A stretch of 64,000 nucleotides of DNA from Azolla caroliniana (Eukaryota > Plantae > Polypodiophyta): positions 27,342,001 to 27,406,000 of the forward strand of contig JBHGNT010000001.1 in NCBI GenBank assembly GCA_043228905.1. The letters are read 5' to 3'. How positions within the stretch are numbered: the stretch's first letter is position 1; the number at the start of each line of letters is the position of its first letter. The notes beneath the pieces are model-generated. The model had not been told where the DNA came from. It did not search any database and worked only from the letters and a program-made list of their open reading frames with translations. Below are positions 39,547 through 52,324 of the stretch, in pieces. A program made the translations under genes and the position numbers.

Positions 39547-39550
<4 letters not shown>
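36922..39550 (-). mobile_element. LINE A: 5'-truncated L1-like element (RT to 3' end), disrupted
   Basis: LPNGKSPGWDG, WRSISLMGGLYKVFAKIL, QYGFITGRNI, EKAYDHVNW, SVRQGCPLNPLLF, ALADDS, YRHLGYPLG, WISWDHLATPKRLGG, zinc-finger HRFIKC. The 5' end abuts (GA)n at 39551-39592. Confidence 0.92.
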
Positions 39551-39592
<42 letters not shown>

Positions 39593-39597
<5 letters not shown>

Positions 39598-42009
39598 AAT
39601 GACTTTCATTACGAAAGAAAAAAAAACATCACCATGACCAACTTACTACAAAGTATAGAATCCTTCTAGGGAGCTAAATACTACTACAAATACAAACTCA
39701 ATGCCACCCTACACACCAATTCAAATGACAAATATGATAATATGTGACCTTGCAGAGTTCTCTGCCTTGATGGTTGAGATTTAGTGACTTCTCTAGCACT
39801 GTCAATTGCCACAAAAAATGTCTTTTTAACTTTACAACATATTTTCTTACCCCAACTTGCAAATCAAAAGTGAAGGCATTCCGCATAGTCCAATTGAACC
39901 ATAGCCCCCAATACCTCAAGAACTCAAAAATAAATTGGAAATGATGCATTGGTTCATTGTTCTCCATATGTGCAAAACCCAACTAAAAGAAGGTAGGCTT
40001 ACTCCAGTTAGAGATAGTCACACTAACTTAATACACCTAACAACAATCCAAGCCATCAGGCATGAAAGAAATCAATGCCTATTGTGTTCCAATTCCACCT
40101 AACAAAAGAAACACATTCCTCTAACAATGTTTCCTTTTTTTAATGCATCCCCTAATGGTAAAGCTCCAACTATAACTCTCCAAATGAAAACCTTGACTCA
40201 TAACATCAACCAAGAACACCAACCTGCCTTGATCGCATGAAACCACTAGGTAATGGGCTTATAAAACCCCATATCTTTATAACCTTTCTTCCATCCACGT
40301 ATGTTTGTCAATCAACTTGTGATAAACATTGTTTATTGTGATCATAGTTAATCTCATGTTTCCGACAAATGTCCAATCAAGCTCTAGAGGTCCCACATCT
40401 AAATCAGGAATTGGCTCATACAAATATAGTAATTCTTGTAACTTATCCCAAATAAAGTATAACCTTTTGGAATACGAAATGGTGATCTTGTTGTTTGAAA
40501 GGCCATTAATCTTCTTTGTGACACCAACATCGCATCTTTGATTGTTACCAAACCCAATCTAGAAATCTAATTAAATTGAAGGCTAAGAAGTTGTTTACCT
40601 TCCCACCTCAACAATCGTGGTGTCGCCAAAACGTCCATTTGCAATGAATTGGCATATCCCCTTTTTTGTGGAGGATGCCATTGCACAACATACTTTGCCA
40701 AGATGTCAACAAATGATTAACTATCAAAAACCCCACACATTTGACATCCCTTTCAGAATTAATGACATTCCACCAATTAGCTTCAATCATCATGTTTCCA
40801 AGCTTAATTCTTATCTTCTCTATAAAGTATGCCAACATGTCTACACAAGGTTGTAGACCTTCAAACATAAATAGACTGAAAGTAAATCAATGAGCTACCA
40901 TATGCTCATATAAATTCAATATCGATTGTCCACCAAGATGCTTCAGAGTACAAACATGATCCAATGCCAATCACAACATGACATTTTTACCTTTTCTTTT
41001 CCATAATAACATTCATATTGGCATTCGACCATGGTAGCAGAGGAAGATAATAAAGACAACAAAGAGACCATCATTGATTGGAACACCTTAAATCGTACAT
41101 GAGAAGGCCATAATTGAGACCTCCAATACATAAACTTATCCTCCAACCTTTTGGATACCCACTCAATAAGTTTCACATGAGAAACTTCCACCCCAATTGG
41201 ATATCCAAGGTGACAACAAATCGTACCACGATGTATTAACTTTCATGACCACCCTAACCATAACACATATTGTTGTGTACATGAATGAGGACAAATTTAT
41301 TCATATTAATTCTCAACCCTAAAGCATTTGAAAATAGTTCCCACACATCTCTTGACTTACTAATATTTCCCGATTAGGTGCCTAAAACAGGATGCGGTCA
41401 TCTGTGAGAGCTTGAACAATGCATGGCTTCCTTGATGGCCACGAGAAATTCTTCCTCCATAGCCATATTTGTAATTTAACAAGAATATGATGTGTCACAA
41501 CAGTGAATAGTAAAGGATTGATCGGACATCTGTGTCTAACTAATCTCCGAATAGAAATAGGTTGTGTTACTCCTCCATTAAACATCACATGTGAAACTGA
41601 ATGCCCCCCTAATGTGTATATCAACTTAGACATACAATCACCAAAACCCATATGAGGCATCAACTGATTTGTAAATTACCAATCCACATTATCATAGGCT
41701 TTCCCAATATCCAATTGTAACAATACTAATTCTTGTTTAGACTCTTTTGCATAGTCAATCGCTTTTGAACATTTAAAATATCATGTAAAATGTCTCTTTT
41801 TGCTAAGAACCCATATTGAGCATTATGAATAATAGAAACGAAAAACTTATGTAATCTATCGGTCATCACTTTAGCAAAAAACTTGTACATTACCCCCATC
41901 AATGCAATAGGCCTCCATTGAGCAAAGGAAGATGGACAAGGCACCTTTGGCAAAAGTTTTATCAAACCAATCTTCCAAGAATGAAGTATTTCCCCATATG
42001 TCCACAGTG

Positions 42010-42011
<2 letters not shown>
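39593..42011 (-). mobile_element. LINE B: 5'-truncated L1-like element (RT to 3' end), more decayed
   Basis: WKIGLIKLLPK, WRPIALMGVMYK, QYGFLAKRDI, CPINPLLF, LEDKFMYWRS, FLRYWGLWFNWTMRNAF. Both ends abut (GA)n. Confidence 0.88.
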
Positions 42012-42042
<31 letters not shown>

Positions 42043-42045
<3 letters not shown>

Positions 42046-42772
42046 CTTTTTCGTAAATCAATGTTTGTTATTAAAACAAGATGATAATACAACCCTTGAT
42101 ATCTTTGATACTTCATAAATAGTGATAGTGCAAGGGAAACCTACTCAAGTGTTGTAAAACTAGATGACATAATTCTATCTCCTCTTGGGACAACGTCCCC
42201 ATACAATATCTCTCTCTCTCTCTCGTTCTTTTTCGTAAATCAATGTTTGTTATTAAAACAAGATGATAATACAACCCTTGCTATCTTTGATACTTCATAA
42301 ATAGTGATAGTGCAAGGGAAACCTACTCAAGTGTTGTAAAACTAGATGACATAATTCCATCTCCTCTTGGGACAACGTCCCCATACAATATAGACGTGAA
42401 AATTGCTAAATCAACTTCCCTTTCATCCTACGGAGTTGTTGTGTTACCCCATGAAGTCCATCAAACAACAACCCATTTCTCATGGTCCAATTAAACCACA
42501 TCCTCCAATATCTAAGGTAGTAAAAAACAACCTTATATGATGGTGTGGGCATAACTTTATCCTCATCAATAAAAACACACTTATAAGGTGACAAAATATT
42601 TCTTGTTATCGATGCCCAAATTTGTGATATAATCACGCAATTGGGTTTAGCAATCGGACATGTAATGAACCTATGTCTGGCATCTTCTTCAACCACCGTA
42701 CAAAAAACACGTCCCATTCGAAATATGTTGTCGTTTTAAGGCCATCGCCAAAGGCAACCCACCAACTATGAC
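42043..42772 (-). mobile_element. LINE C: short 3' fragment with a duplicated 3' UTR (about 42043-42208 / 42224-42390)
   Basis: VFCTVVEEDARHRFITC...YLRYWRMWFNWTMRN. The 3' end reads atttacgaaaaagaac(GA)n; the 5' end abuts a TC/CA repeat. Confidence 0.8.
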
Positions 42773-42796
42773 ACTCTCTCTCACTCTCACTCACAC

Positions 42797-42858
<62 letters not shown>

Positions 42859-44078
42859 CCTCTCCCTCTCTCTCTCCCTCCCTCTCTCTTTCTCACATTT
42901 TGATACAATGCTCTGCCTTTGATCATATTCGACTATGCTTTCCACACATTTTCAACCAAACCCAATCCTTGCATGAATTTCTCTCACAATCACAATGTGT
43001 CCTCTCGATTACAATATTCATTGGTGAACTTCTTGAACATCAAGAGTCGCTAGTCACTTTCATATGTATTACGTGAAATGTAATATTTCTGGTCTAATAG
43101 ATCATATTTGACCTCCAAAGAAGATAATAGAATAAATCTCTCTCCCTTGCTATTGTAATTAGCTTACCCTAGTGGTAAGTCTTTTAATACACTAGTAACA
43201 CTACATCTTGGGTTCAAAATTTGTGATATAATCACGCAATTGGGTTTAGCAATCGGACATGTAATGAACCTATGTCTGGCATCTTCTTCAACCATCGTAC
43301 AAAAAACACGTCCCATTCGAAATATGTCGTCGTTTTAAGGCCATCGCCAAAGGCAACCCACCAACTATGACACTCTCTCTCACTCTCACTCACACATACA
43401 CACACACACTCTCTCTCTTTCTTTCTTTTTCGTAAATAATGGCTTTCATTGCGAAAGAAAAAACACCACCATGACTAACTTACAACAAACTATAGAACCC
43501 CTTTTATCTAGGGATCCAAAGAAAACTACAACACCAAACTCAATGCCACCCTACACACCAATTCAAATGGCGAATATGATGATATGTGACCTTGCAGAGT
43601 TCTCTCTCTTCCTAGTTGAGATTTTGTGACTTCTCTAGCACTGTCAATTGCCACAAAAGAAGTCCTTTTAACTTTAGAACATATTTTCTCACCCCAACTT
43701 GCGAATAAAAAATGAAGGCATTCCGCATATTCCAATTGAACCATATTCCAACACACACACACACATTGATACAATGCTCTGCCTTTGATCATATTCGACT
43801 ATGCTTTCCACACATTTTCAACCAAACCCAATCCTTGCATGAATTTCTCTCACAATCACAATGTTTCCTCTCGATTACAATATTCATTGGTGAACTTCTT
43901 GAACATCAAGAGTTGCTAGTCACTTTCATATGTATTACGTTGAATGTATTCTGGTCTAATAGATCATATTTGACCTCCAAAGAAGATAATAGAATGAATC
44001 TCTCTCCCTTGCTATTGTAATTAGCTTACCCTAGTGGTAAGTCTTTTACACTAGTAACACTACATATTGGGTTCAAAA
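42620..44078. repeat. Segmental tandem duplication (42620-43218 / 43219-44078); the second copy carries an extra LINE fragment
   Basis: atttgtgatataatcacgc...cactctcactcacacatac and ttgatacaatgctctgcc...tgggttcaaaa are each present twice, almost identical. Confidence 0.9.
43421..43750 (-). mobile_element. LINE D: ~330-bp 3' fragment related to LINE B
   Basis: Aligns by eye to 39593-39905 (actcaatgccaccctacacaccaattcaaatg...gtgaccttgcagagttctct). Lies within the microsatellite of the duplicated segment. Confidence 0.85.
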
Positions 44079-44650
44079 CCGAATTATCTCACCTCTCTAT
44101 TATTGTATAGATATCTATGATTTCACTAGATGCCACTGTGGAATGTACGGATTGAACCCATGACCACCTGGTCTCCATTGGGCAACCTTACCAACTAACC
44201 TACATCCATCTGGGTTCTCTCTGTCTCATATACACACATGCACACATACACTACATCTTGGGTTCGAAACCCAATTATCTCACCTCTCTATTACTTTATA
44301 GATATCTCTAATTTCACTATATGAATGCCACCGTGGAATGTACGAACTGAACCCATGACCACCTGAATGCCACTGTGGAATGTACGGATTGAACCCATGA
44401 CCACTTGGTCTCCATTGGGCAACCTTACCAACTAACCTACATCCATCTGGGTTCTCTCTGTCTCATATACACACATGCACGCATACACTACATCTTGGGT
44501 TCAAAACCCAATTATCTCACCTCTCTATTACTTTATAGATATCTCTGATTTCACTATATGAATGCCATTGTGGAATGTAGGGGTTGAACCCATGACCACT
44601 TGGTCTCCACTGGGCAACCTCACCAACTAAGCTACATCCATCGGAGCTCT
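44019..44650. mobile_element. Three tandem copies of the dual tRNA-head element (about 44019-44216, 44249-44456, 44487-44650), separated by CT/CA tracts
   Basis: Repeated cttgggttc.aaaccc/aattatctcacctctctatta and gaacccatgaccac.tggtctcca.tgggcaacct.accaactaa.ctacatcca. Confidence 0.8.
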
Positions 44651-45069
44651 CTTTCTCTCTCTCATACACACATGTGTGCCCATGCACACATTTTAGTCAA
44701 GTTGAATAACATGCATTAAGTTGTCTAGCTTTCGTGATGGTCTCATCCCATTTTGGCTACCCTAAATAATGATTAGGCATAGTGTAATTATAACCAACTT
44801 AATAAATGGTATGTGTTGCATGTCAAATGTTAGGATTTCTTTTTAAATATTGATACCACAAAAAATAGTTTATGAGATTACGAAGTTTCTTGTCAATTTG
44901 TCATGCAAACATATTAGTTGACAATTCCTTTTTTTGAACATGCATATTAGCACATTGAGTGGGCTATACGAACGTTGGTCACATTGTACATGTATGTTAA
45001 TATAGTCGAATAAAGCTTCTACATGCACACGAGGGTTTTTTTTCCCACTATTAACAATATCCACTCAAC

Positions 45070-45357
45070 TCCTATTACTACCAAATCTCAAGTTGTGTTG
45101 GAATTGGTTAGCCCCAATAACTCTTTGGACTCTATGGAAACAACGGTGTAGATGGGTCTTCTCCAACCAAACAATGCGTCCAGTAATGTTAATACAAGAG
45201 ATATGGAGTGAAGTTGTAGCCACTCTAAACAACCAATACGATGGCCTCAAGGGCAGCTCCGATGGAGTTAAAAGATAACAACTAGCCTTTATCCAACAAT
45301 GGTCATCCTCTCCCTTTCTTGAGTTGGTGGGCATCCACATAAGATGGAACTATCGCA
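45070..45357 (+). mobile_element. LINE 3' ORF2 remnant
   Basis: WNWLAPITLWTLWKQRCRWVFSNQ...LIQEIWSEVV; ends in the family motif gatggaacta. Confidence 0.65.
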
Positions 45358-45358
45358 T

Positions 45359-46096
45359 TGTCATGAAGAAAACCGACCTTAGACGGAATTAGTGAAAAGG
45401 GTGTATGAACTGGCCCTTGCGGGCGGGCACAAGTATTGATAAGGTGTACATGATTAGGAATATGTCGACTGATGTAGATATACTAGGTAGTACAGATTTA
45501 TTAGCTAGGAAATCAATGCATATCTCTGTTTGAAGGGACAGAGAATAAAGGTGATATGACTAGGATGTAACGGTCCCTCCCCTGCAGCCTATAAAGGGAA
45601 GGGGAGAAGACTAAAAGGGTATCACATTTTTGGCGAGGACGAGGTGTTGTCGGACTGGGAACCGAGCTCTCTCCTCCTCTATTGTTGTTTTCTGCAGGTT
45701 CTCTGAGTCGGTTGCCTCTGCTTCGAGGAAAGCTGCGTGCTTCCGGCAAAGGCTCTACTACGTGTGTGCGTGGGTGTGTGATTGTCTGGGTTGGGTCTGT
45801 CGCCGGCTATCCGGCTATAATCTTGCAAACATTGTACCCTTTACTGTTATTGGAAGCAAATCTCTTGTTTCCCTCTCTCTGTATTTCTGTGAGTCTCTCT
45901 TTTATGCAAGTGCATATCTTGTTCAGATACGCATTGGTGGTTCATTCAGCCGGCAAGCGATGTCAATTGCAAACGGGCCTAACCGGCCCTACGCTTGCGC
46001 TCTTCTCCTGCTCCGCCTTCTTCTCTCTCTTACTCCTCGGTTCAGGGCCCCCGCGGTCCCACCTTATTTCCTATGCGAAAGTAGAACAACACGACA
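45359..46096 (+). mobile_element. Probable solo LTR (738 bp)
   Basis: Termini TGTCATG...CACGACA form an imperfect inverted repeat. Internal TATA (cctataaaggg) at ~45590; GC-richer than the flanks. No clear TSD. Confidence 0.55.
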
Positions 46097-46461
46097 ATGT
46101 CCTTACATTGTATATAACACCCTCATCTACAAAATTTTATAACTAATGGAATGAGTTTTTTTGGAAAAAAAAGAAAGATTCTACGTGCACATTTTAAGGA
46201 GTTCAAACTTCAAGAAAAACATTAACCATATCATTTTTTTGTGAAAATGAATGAATATTATAAATTTAGTGATGCCTATTTCCTCTTCTTATTCTCTGAA
46301 TTCGTAGAATTTATCTTTGTGAAAATGTCACAAGTTTTTCTCAAGGTCCATTTTGTTTGAGAAATTCTTATGGTGTAAGTACTCCTCAAATGAAATCAAC
46401 TTTTAGGGAAGGGTGATCATTAGAATAAACTAGCTTTGTTGAAGGATAATGATTTACTTTA

Positions 46462-49400
46462 TTGGTATAGAGCTAGGAAAGAACATTTAAAGTTTAGCAC
46501 ATTCAACAGTGTACTCAATAAACTATAGAGTAAAGAGCTATCAGTAACATACTTAGTAAACAAATTGTAAATAATTTTAGGGTTGCTTTATGAATATGTT
46601 TGTGCATGTATAAATACTCTAATTCCAATGTTTAAGTCCTTCCACTTTGTATCTCATAACTTCAATTCTATGCCTTTAAAGCCATACATGTGAGAAAATA
46701 ACTCTAAGACTAAGGGGCAAGCCCTCTACAGTAATCTTGGAAGAGGCCAAGGAAGAGGCCATGGAAGATTTGGTTCAGCCAGAACCAACAATAATTATCA
46801 AGGAAGAGGACAACAAGCTACAAGGGGAAGAAACAACATCAGAGGTAGGGGGAACAATCGCGGCAGAGGTAAGCAAACTTTTTTGAATGATGATGGCTGT
46901 TGGTATTTTGGAAAACCAGGCCATACACAAGCTGAATGCTATAAAAATCAAAATGATGAAAAAAGAGGGAAGAGAGCAAAATAATTATGCTACAACTAGT
47001 GAAAATTGTGATAAAGAAGGTGCATTTATGATACAACATGAGACAACAGCAACGGTTGAATGTTCACAAAGATGCAATGAAGATTATATGTGGTGTGTGG
47101 ATTCTGGGGCATCTAATCATATGACTGGACATGCAAATTGGTTTGAAAGTCTAAGAGAACTAGAGATTTCGGGTTATGTACAGACAGGTGATAATACCAC
47201 TCATACAATCGAGCATGTTGGAGATATCCCATTGTGGGAAGAAAAAGGAAAAACAAAGTATATGTTGAATATTATGCATGTGCCAAGCCTTGCAAAAAAT
47301 CTGATTTCTGTTAGACAGATAGTAGACAAAGGAATGCAAGTCAAGTTTAAGCAAAGTGGATGCTTTATAGAGAAACATGGAAAGTTTATTGCAAAAGGAA
47401 AACGACAAGGAAGAATGCTTGTGTTAGATGTGGATATGCGTAAAAAGATTACAACCATGTTTGTAGAAGGAATGAATGTAATCTCAGATGTGGAGATGTG
47501 GCATAAAAGAATCGATCACATAAGTATGCAAACCTTGAAAAATATGGTGAAGAAAAATCCAATGGTTGGACTGCCTAAGTTGAAAGACTGTGAGATGAGC
47601 AAAATATGTGAAGCATGCCAATAGGGAAAGCAAAACAGGTTACCTTTCCCTAATGAAAGACATGTAACCAAACATTTGTTGGATTTGGTACATACAGATG
47701 TATGGGGACCAACAAAAAATGCATCAGTTGGTGGTTGTAGGTTTTATGTAACATTTATTGATGATTGCTCAAGGAAAACATGGGTTTACTTCATGAAAGA
47801 GAAAAGTGAAGTATTTGATTACTTTCATAAGTTTAAATGCATGCTAGAAAAGCAGGCTGGAACTAGAATACAATGTTTGAGATCTAATGGAGGAGGAGAA
47901 TACTTCTCAAAGGAATTTTCTAGTTTTCTATGCAATCAAGGAATAAGGAGACAGATCACATGTAGATATATTCCATAGCAAAATGAAGTGGCTGAGAGAA
48001 ATAACATAACTTTGTGAACATAGCAAGAGCCTTGATGACAGAAAAAAATATGTCATTGTATTATTGGGTAGAAGTTGTAAACACAGCAAACTTTATTCTA
48101 AATAGATTTATAACATCTGGAGTACATGAAGTAACTCCTCAAGAATGTTTCTTTAGAAGTAAAACCTAGTTTAGGACACTTAAAAGTATTTGGATGCCTT
48201 GCCTATGTCCATGTACCTATTGAAGTAAGAAGTAAGCTTGATCCAAAAGCTAAAAATGTGTTCTTGTTGGATATTTAGAGGAGTAAAAAGGGTATAGATG
48301 TTATAACATGTTGACAAAAAAGATTGTAGTGAGTCGTGATGTAATATTTGATGAGTTGGGCAGCTGGTACAACTCAAAAGAAAATGTAGAAACTGATGAA
48401 GACAATGAAAATGAAGACAGGAACAAAACTGAAAATGGAAGTGATAACCATGGAAATGGAAGCAATGTTGGACAACAAAGTTCAACATCAATAGAATGTA
48501 CTAGACCATTTGAAAAATCTGGTAGTAAATCTGAATCAAATGCTTGGAGTGGAAAGAATGCAAGATAGAAAATATGATGATAAAAAGGGAAAACAGAAGA
48601 TGCCAAAATATGAAATGTTTGATGAAGGATCTAGAAACATGGAAGATGTAGATTCAGATACATCATTGGATGATGAGCTGGGTATACAAGCCTTGAAAAT
48701 CCTTGGTATTGAAAAGGCAATGAAAGATGCAAATCATAAACTGAGAAGATCAGATAGAGAGAAAAAGATTGTTGAAAGATTTGGTTATGATACATACATG
48801 GCTATGAATTATGCATATATGTCTAAAGTGGTACATATTCTTGATCCAAATAGTTTTGATGAAGCAAAATCTAATAAGAAATGGGTGAATGCAATGCAAG
48901 AAGAAATAGATGCATTGGCTGAAAATAAAACATGGGATTTAGTAAAGTTACTAAAAGGAAAAAATGTTGTAGGTTGCAAATGGGTCTACAAAACAAAGCA
49001 TGATTCCAATGGGAATGTAAGTAGACATAAAGCAAGACTTGTGGCAAATGCAAGGAATTGATTATGATGAAACATTTGCACCGGTTGCAAAAATGGCAAC
49101 CTTGAGGACACTACTTGTTGTAAGTGCAGCCAAAAGATGGGTTCTACACCATAGGGATGTAAAAAATGCTTTTTTACATGGTAACTTGGAAGAGGAAGTA
49201 TACATGTGTCAACCAACCAGGATTTGAAGATAAGAAGCATCCAGAATATGTTTGTAAGCAAAAAAAGGCTCTCTATGAATTGAAACAAGCACCGAGAGCA
49301 TGACACAAAGAACTTTCAAAATCTTTGAAAAAAATTGTCTTCAACATATCAAAGGTTGATCCATCATTGTATATAAAGAAGATGAATGATTGCATTGTTG

Positions 49401-50813
49401 TGATTTTGATTTATGTAGATGATTTAATCATCGGAGGTGATTCTATGGATGAAATAAATCAACTGAAGAAAAATCTGGAAATGCAATTTTATATGAAGGA
49501 TTTGGGAGGGTTGAGATACGTTCTTGGTATTGAGATGATTAGATCTGAAAGTGGTATAAATATGTTGCAAAAAAAGTATGCAACAACTATGTTGAAGAAG
49601 TATGGTATGCTTGGATGCAAACCTATTGATGTACCACTGGATAAAAACTGCAAATTGAGGGCTAATTTGGGAGCCAAAATAGAAGATGTAAACATGTACA
49701 GGCCTATGGTGGGCAGTCTCATATATTTGACTATAACAAGACCTAATTTGAGTTATGTTGTTGGATTAGTCAGCTAGTTTGTGCAACAGCCAAAAAAGCC
49801 ACATTTGGATTGCATTAGAAGAATCTTGAGGTATGTAAAAGCTACTCAGAACTATGGACTGTTTTACAGGCCTGATCTGGACATAAAGCTGGAAGGATAT
49901 ACAAATGTTGATTGGGCTGGAAGCCAAACTGATAGAAGATCCACAAGTGGATATATGTTTACATTGGGAAGTGCAGTTATTTCATGGAGTTGCAAGAAAC
50001 AAGCTACAATTGCATTATCAAGTATTGAAGCTAAATATAGAGGAGCGGCAATAGCCACTTGTGAAGAGGTATGGATCAAAAGATTGCTTGCTGATTTGGG
50101 AGAGTATATAGATGGTGCAGTCACAATTTGGTGTGACAATATGAGCAGCATTCAGCTTGGTGTTCCATGCAAGAACAAAGCACATTGAAGTGCATTATCA
50201 CTTTGTTAGAGAAAAAGTGATTGATGGAGAAGTGGATCTGTTGTATGTAAGCACAAATCAGCAAGTGGTTGATATTCCTACAAAGGGACCGAGCATAAAA
50301 AAACATACACAGTTTTGGGACATGATGGTAATTATAAGCATTGGTATGATAGTTGAAAAGCATGAAGAAAAGAAGATTGAAGATGATCTCAAGAAAGGAT
50401 AAGTTGAGCTTGAGGGGGAGTGTTAAGAAACAAGCTCAACAAAAGCATGTGATGCTCATTGGGAAATAAGATATTCTAAAGTAGATATTAGGAAATTAGC
50501 TACTACTGGACATATAAGTACTCACAACTATTTAGCTATTCACAGCTAATTAGCTGCATATGTAAGTCACTTATATACTTAGGTAAAAAAGTAAGAGTAG
50601 TATGAGAGTAGTTGTAAGAGGAGAAGAGTGAGAGAGAGAGAAAAAACAAGAAACTGACGAGAGAGGTTTCTCTCTACATAATGAAATAGAAGCTTTTGGG
50701 TTGCTACAGAGGTAAGTCCCCTTCCCCCTTCCTTTTCGGTCTTGAGCACACTAAACTATCTAGCACATCACGATCCGTTGTGCATTAAGAAGAGCCGGAG
50801 CGCCTTCGTAACA
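46462..50813 (+). mobile_element. Decayed Ty1/Copia element: most of gag and the 5' LTR missing; PR-INT-RT-RH present; probable 3' LTR at 50421-50813
   Basis: PBS-like tggtatagagc at ~46463. WCVDSGASNHMT, LVHTDVWGP, VSRDVIFDE, WVNAMQEEI, VVGCKWVYK, YVDDLII, RRSTSGY, HARTKHIEVHYHFVRE. PPT gagcttgagggggag followed by TGTTAAG...CGTAACA. Confidence 0.88.
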
Positions 50814-51669
50814 CTTAGCACGGGGGTTATTAACTAAACATACATGTTTCGTGTATAGCCTCGTTGCATTTTCTTAATACTAATGTAATCTTTCTTGGAG
50901 AAAAAAAAAAACTAATTGATATACCCATTTTTTTATCCAAGCGATGTCTATTACATAAAGTTATGAATAATTTGTGTAATATAATCGAAATTTTCTCATT
51001 TTGGTGGTCATGTATGTGTGAAACTAGCAAGATGAGTATACATGCATTATGCATGATGTGATGGCAAAGCTTTTTAAAGCAAGGTCATTTTATTCTATAA
51101 ATTTTATTGGCTCTTAACCATGCAATAAACATGTATGCACAATGTCAGTATCATGAAAAGGATGCCAATCGAAATTTAGGAAAAAATGGCATTCATAGAA
51201 CTATAGTGACAAAATGTGGCAAAAGCATGCATTGATGTGGGAATCTAATGTTAAAAAATAATGTAACATCAGCATAAACTCAAACAAGAGACAAAATAGA
51301 TTTAAAAATACAATATACAAAGCAAATTAAAACAACAAAAGAGAAACTAAATGTTGAGGAAGACACTGAAACAAGCAATGCTTTCACCAAAAAGAGGGGA
51401 GAAATGCATGTAAAATGGAAGAGCATCACAATTGCTAGGGGATGGTCCATGTAATGAGACCATGTAAATTGAGTGAACAAAATTGTGCAAAAAGTAAGGA
51501 CTTATCGAAGACCTTAATGGAAACAAAGGTAGACCTACTCGAATAAGCTATCTTCTTCACATAATAGTTGTTTGATCCCCTTTCTTATATGCCCCATTGA
51601 GCTAGCAAATTAAAATGATTCTATGAACTAAAGGTAAGATCCCCATAATCCCCATTGAGCTAGCATGCG

Positions 51670-52324
51670 GTGTGAGTGGGAGAGTTGTGTGGGGGGTCTT
51701 TACAGGGTTTGAAGCTAATTGGGGAAGGCTGGGCGGAACAACTAAATCCACATGGTCATGGATTTATAGTGTAGGGAGGCAGTGTACTCAAATGTGTTGG
51801 AGTGAAACCTAGTACAAACTCTGGTTTTTTTGAGGAGATATGGATGTTGGTGGCGTGCTTCTCAGTCTGGCACATTTGGACCAAACAATGTATATTTGTT
51901 TTTCAGCAACGAAAACTCCCAAGTGGTGAGGTGTTGCTAAACATTTGGTTCGAGCTGGTATCTTGGTTGCATAGACAATACAACTTGATTGAAGGGAACT
52001 TGGATGAAGCATAAAGGGCTCAGTCAAAGTTTTTGCTGAAATGGAGTCATTCTCCTATGATGGTAAAATCATCGTCAGGGGCTAAATGGAACTACCAAGC
52101 ACCGAGATGGTTGTTTCCGCCTATGGCTTCCATTAGTGGATAGGAGATGTAAATATGTGGTTACCATGTAAAAGCGTTAGCGGGATACTTTTGTTGTAAA
52201 TATCAGGGTGGGGATTATGCTTAGTTTTGTGTGGAGTAGTGCGAGTTTTGTTGATTATGGTTGAACTTTGATGTACTTCGTTGGCTAACTAATGGGAAGT
52301 AGTGTTTTTTTGGGGAAAAAAAAA
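51670..52324 (+). mobile_element. 5'-truncated LINE copy with A-rich tail
   Basis: EIWMLVACFSVWHIWTKQCIFVFQ...VLLNIWFELVSWL; same 3' end as the 21850 and 30392 copies. aagatcccc occurs at ~51636 and ~52323 as a possible TSD. Confidence 0.8.

Noticed and set aside
45630-46146. 170-aa and 154-aa ORFs
   Set aside because: Non-ATG starts, no motif, and they lie within a probable solo LTR.
45359-46460. 5' LTR of the plus-strand Copia
   Set aside because: No visible similarity to the 3' LTR at 50421-50813 and not adjacent to the PBS-like site.
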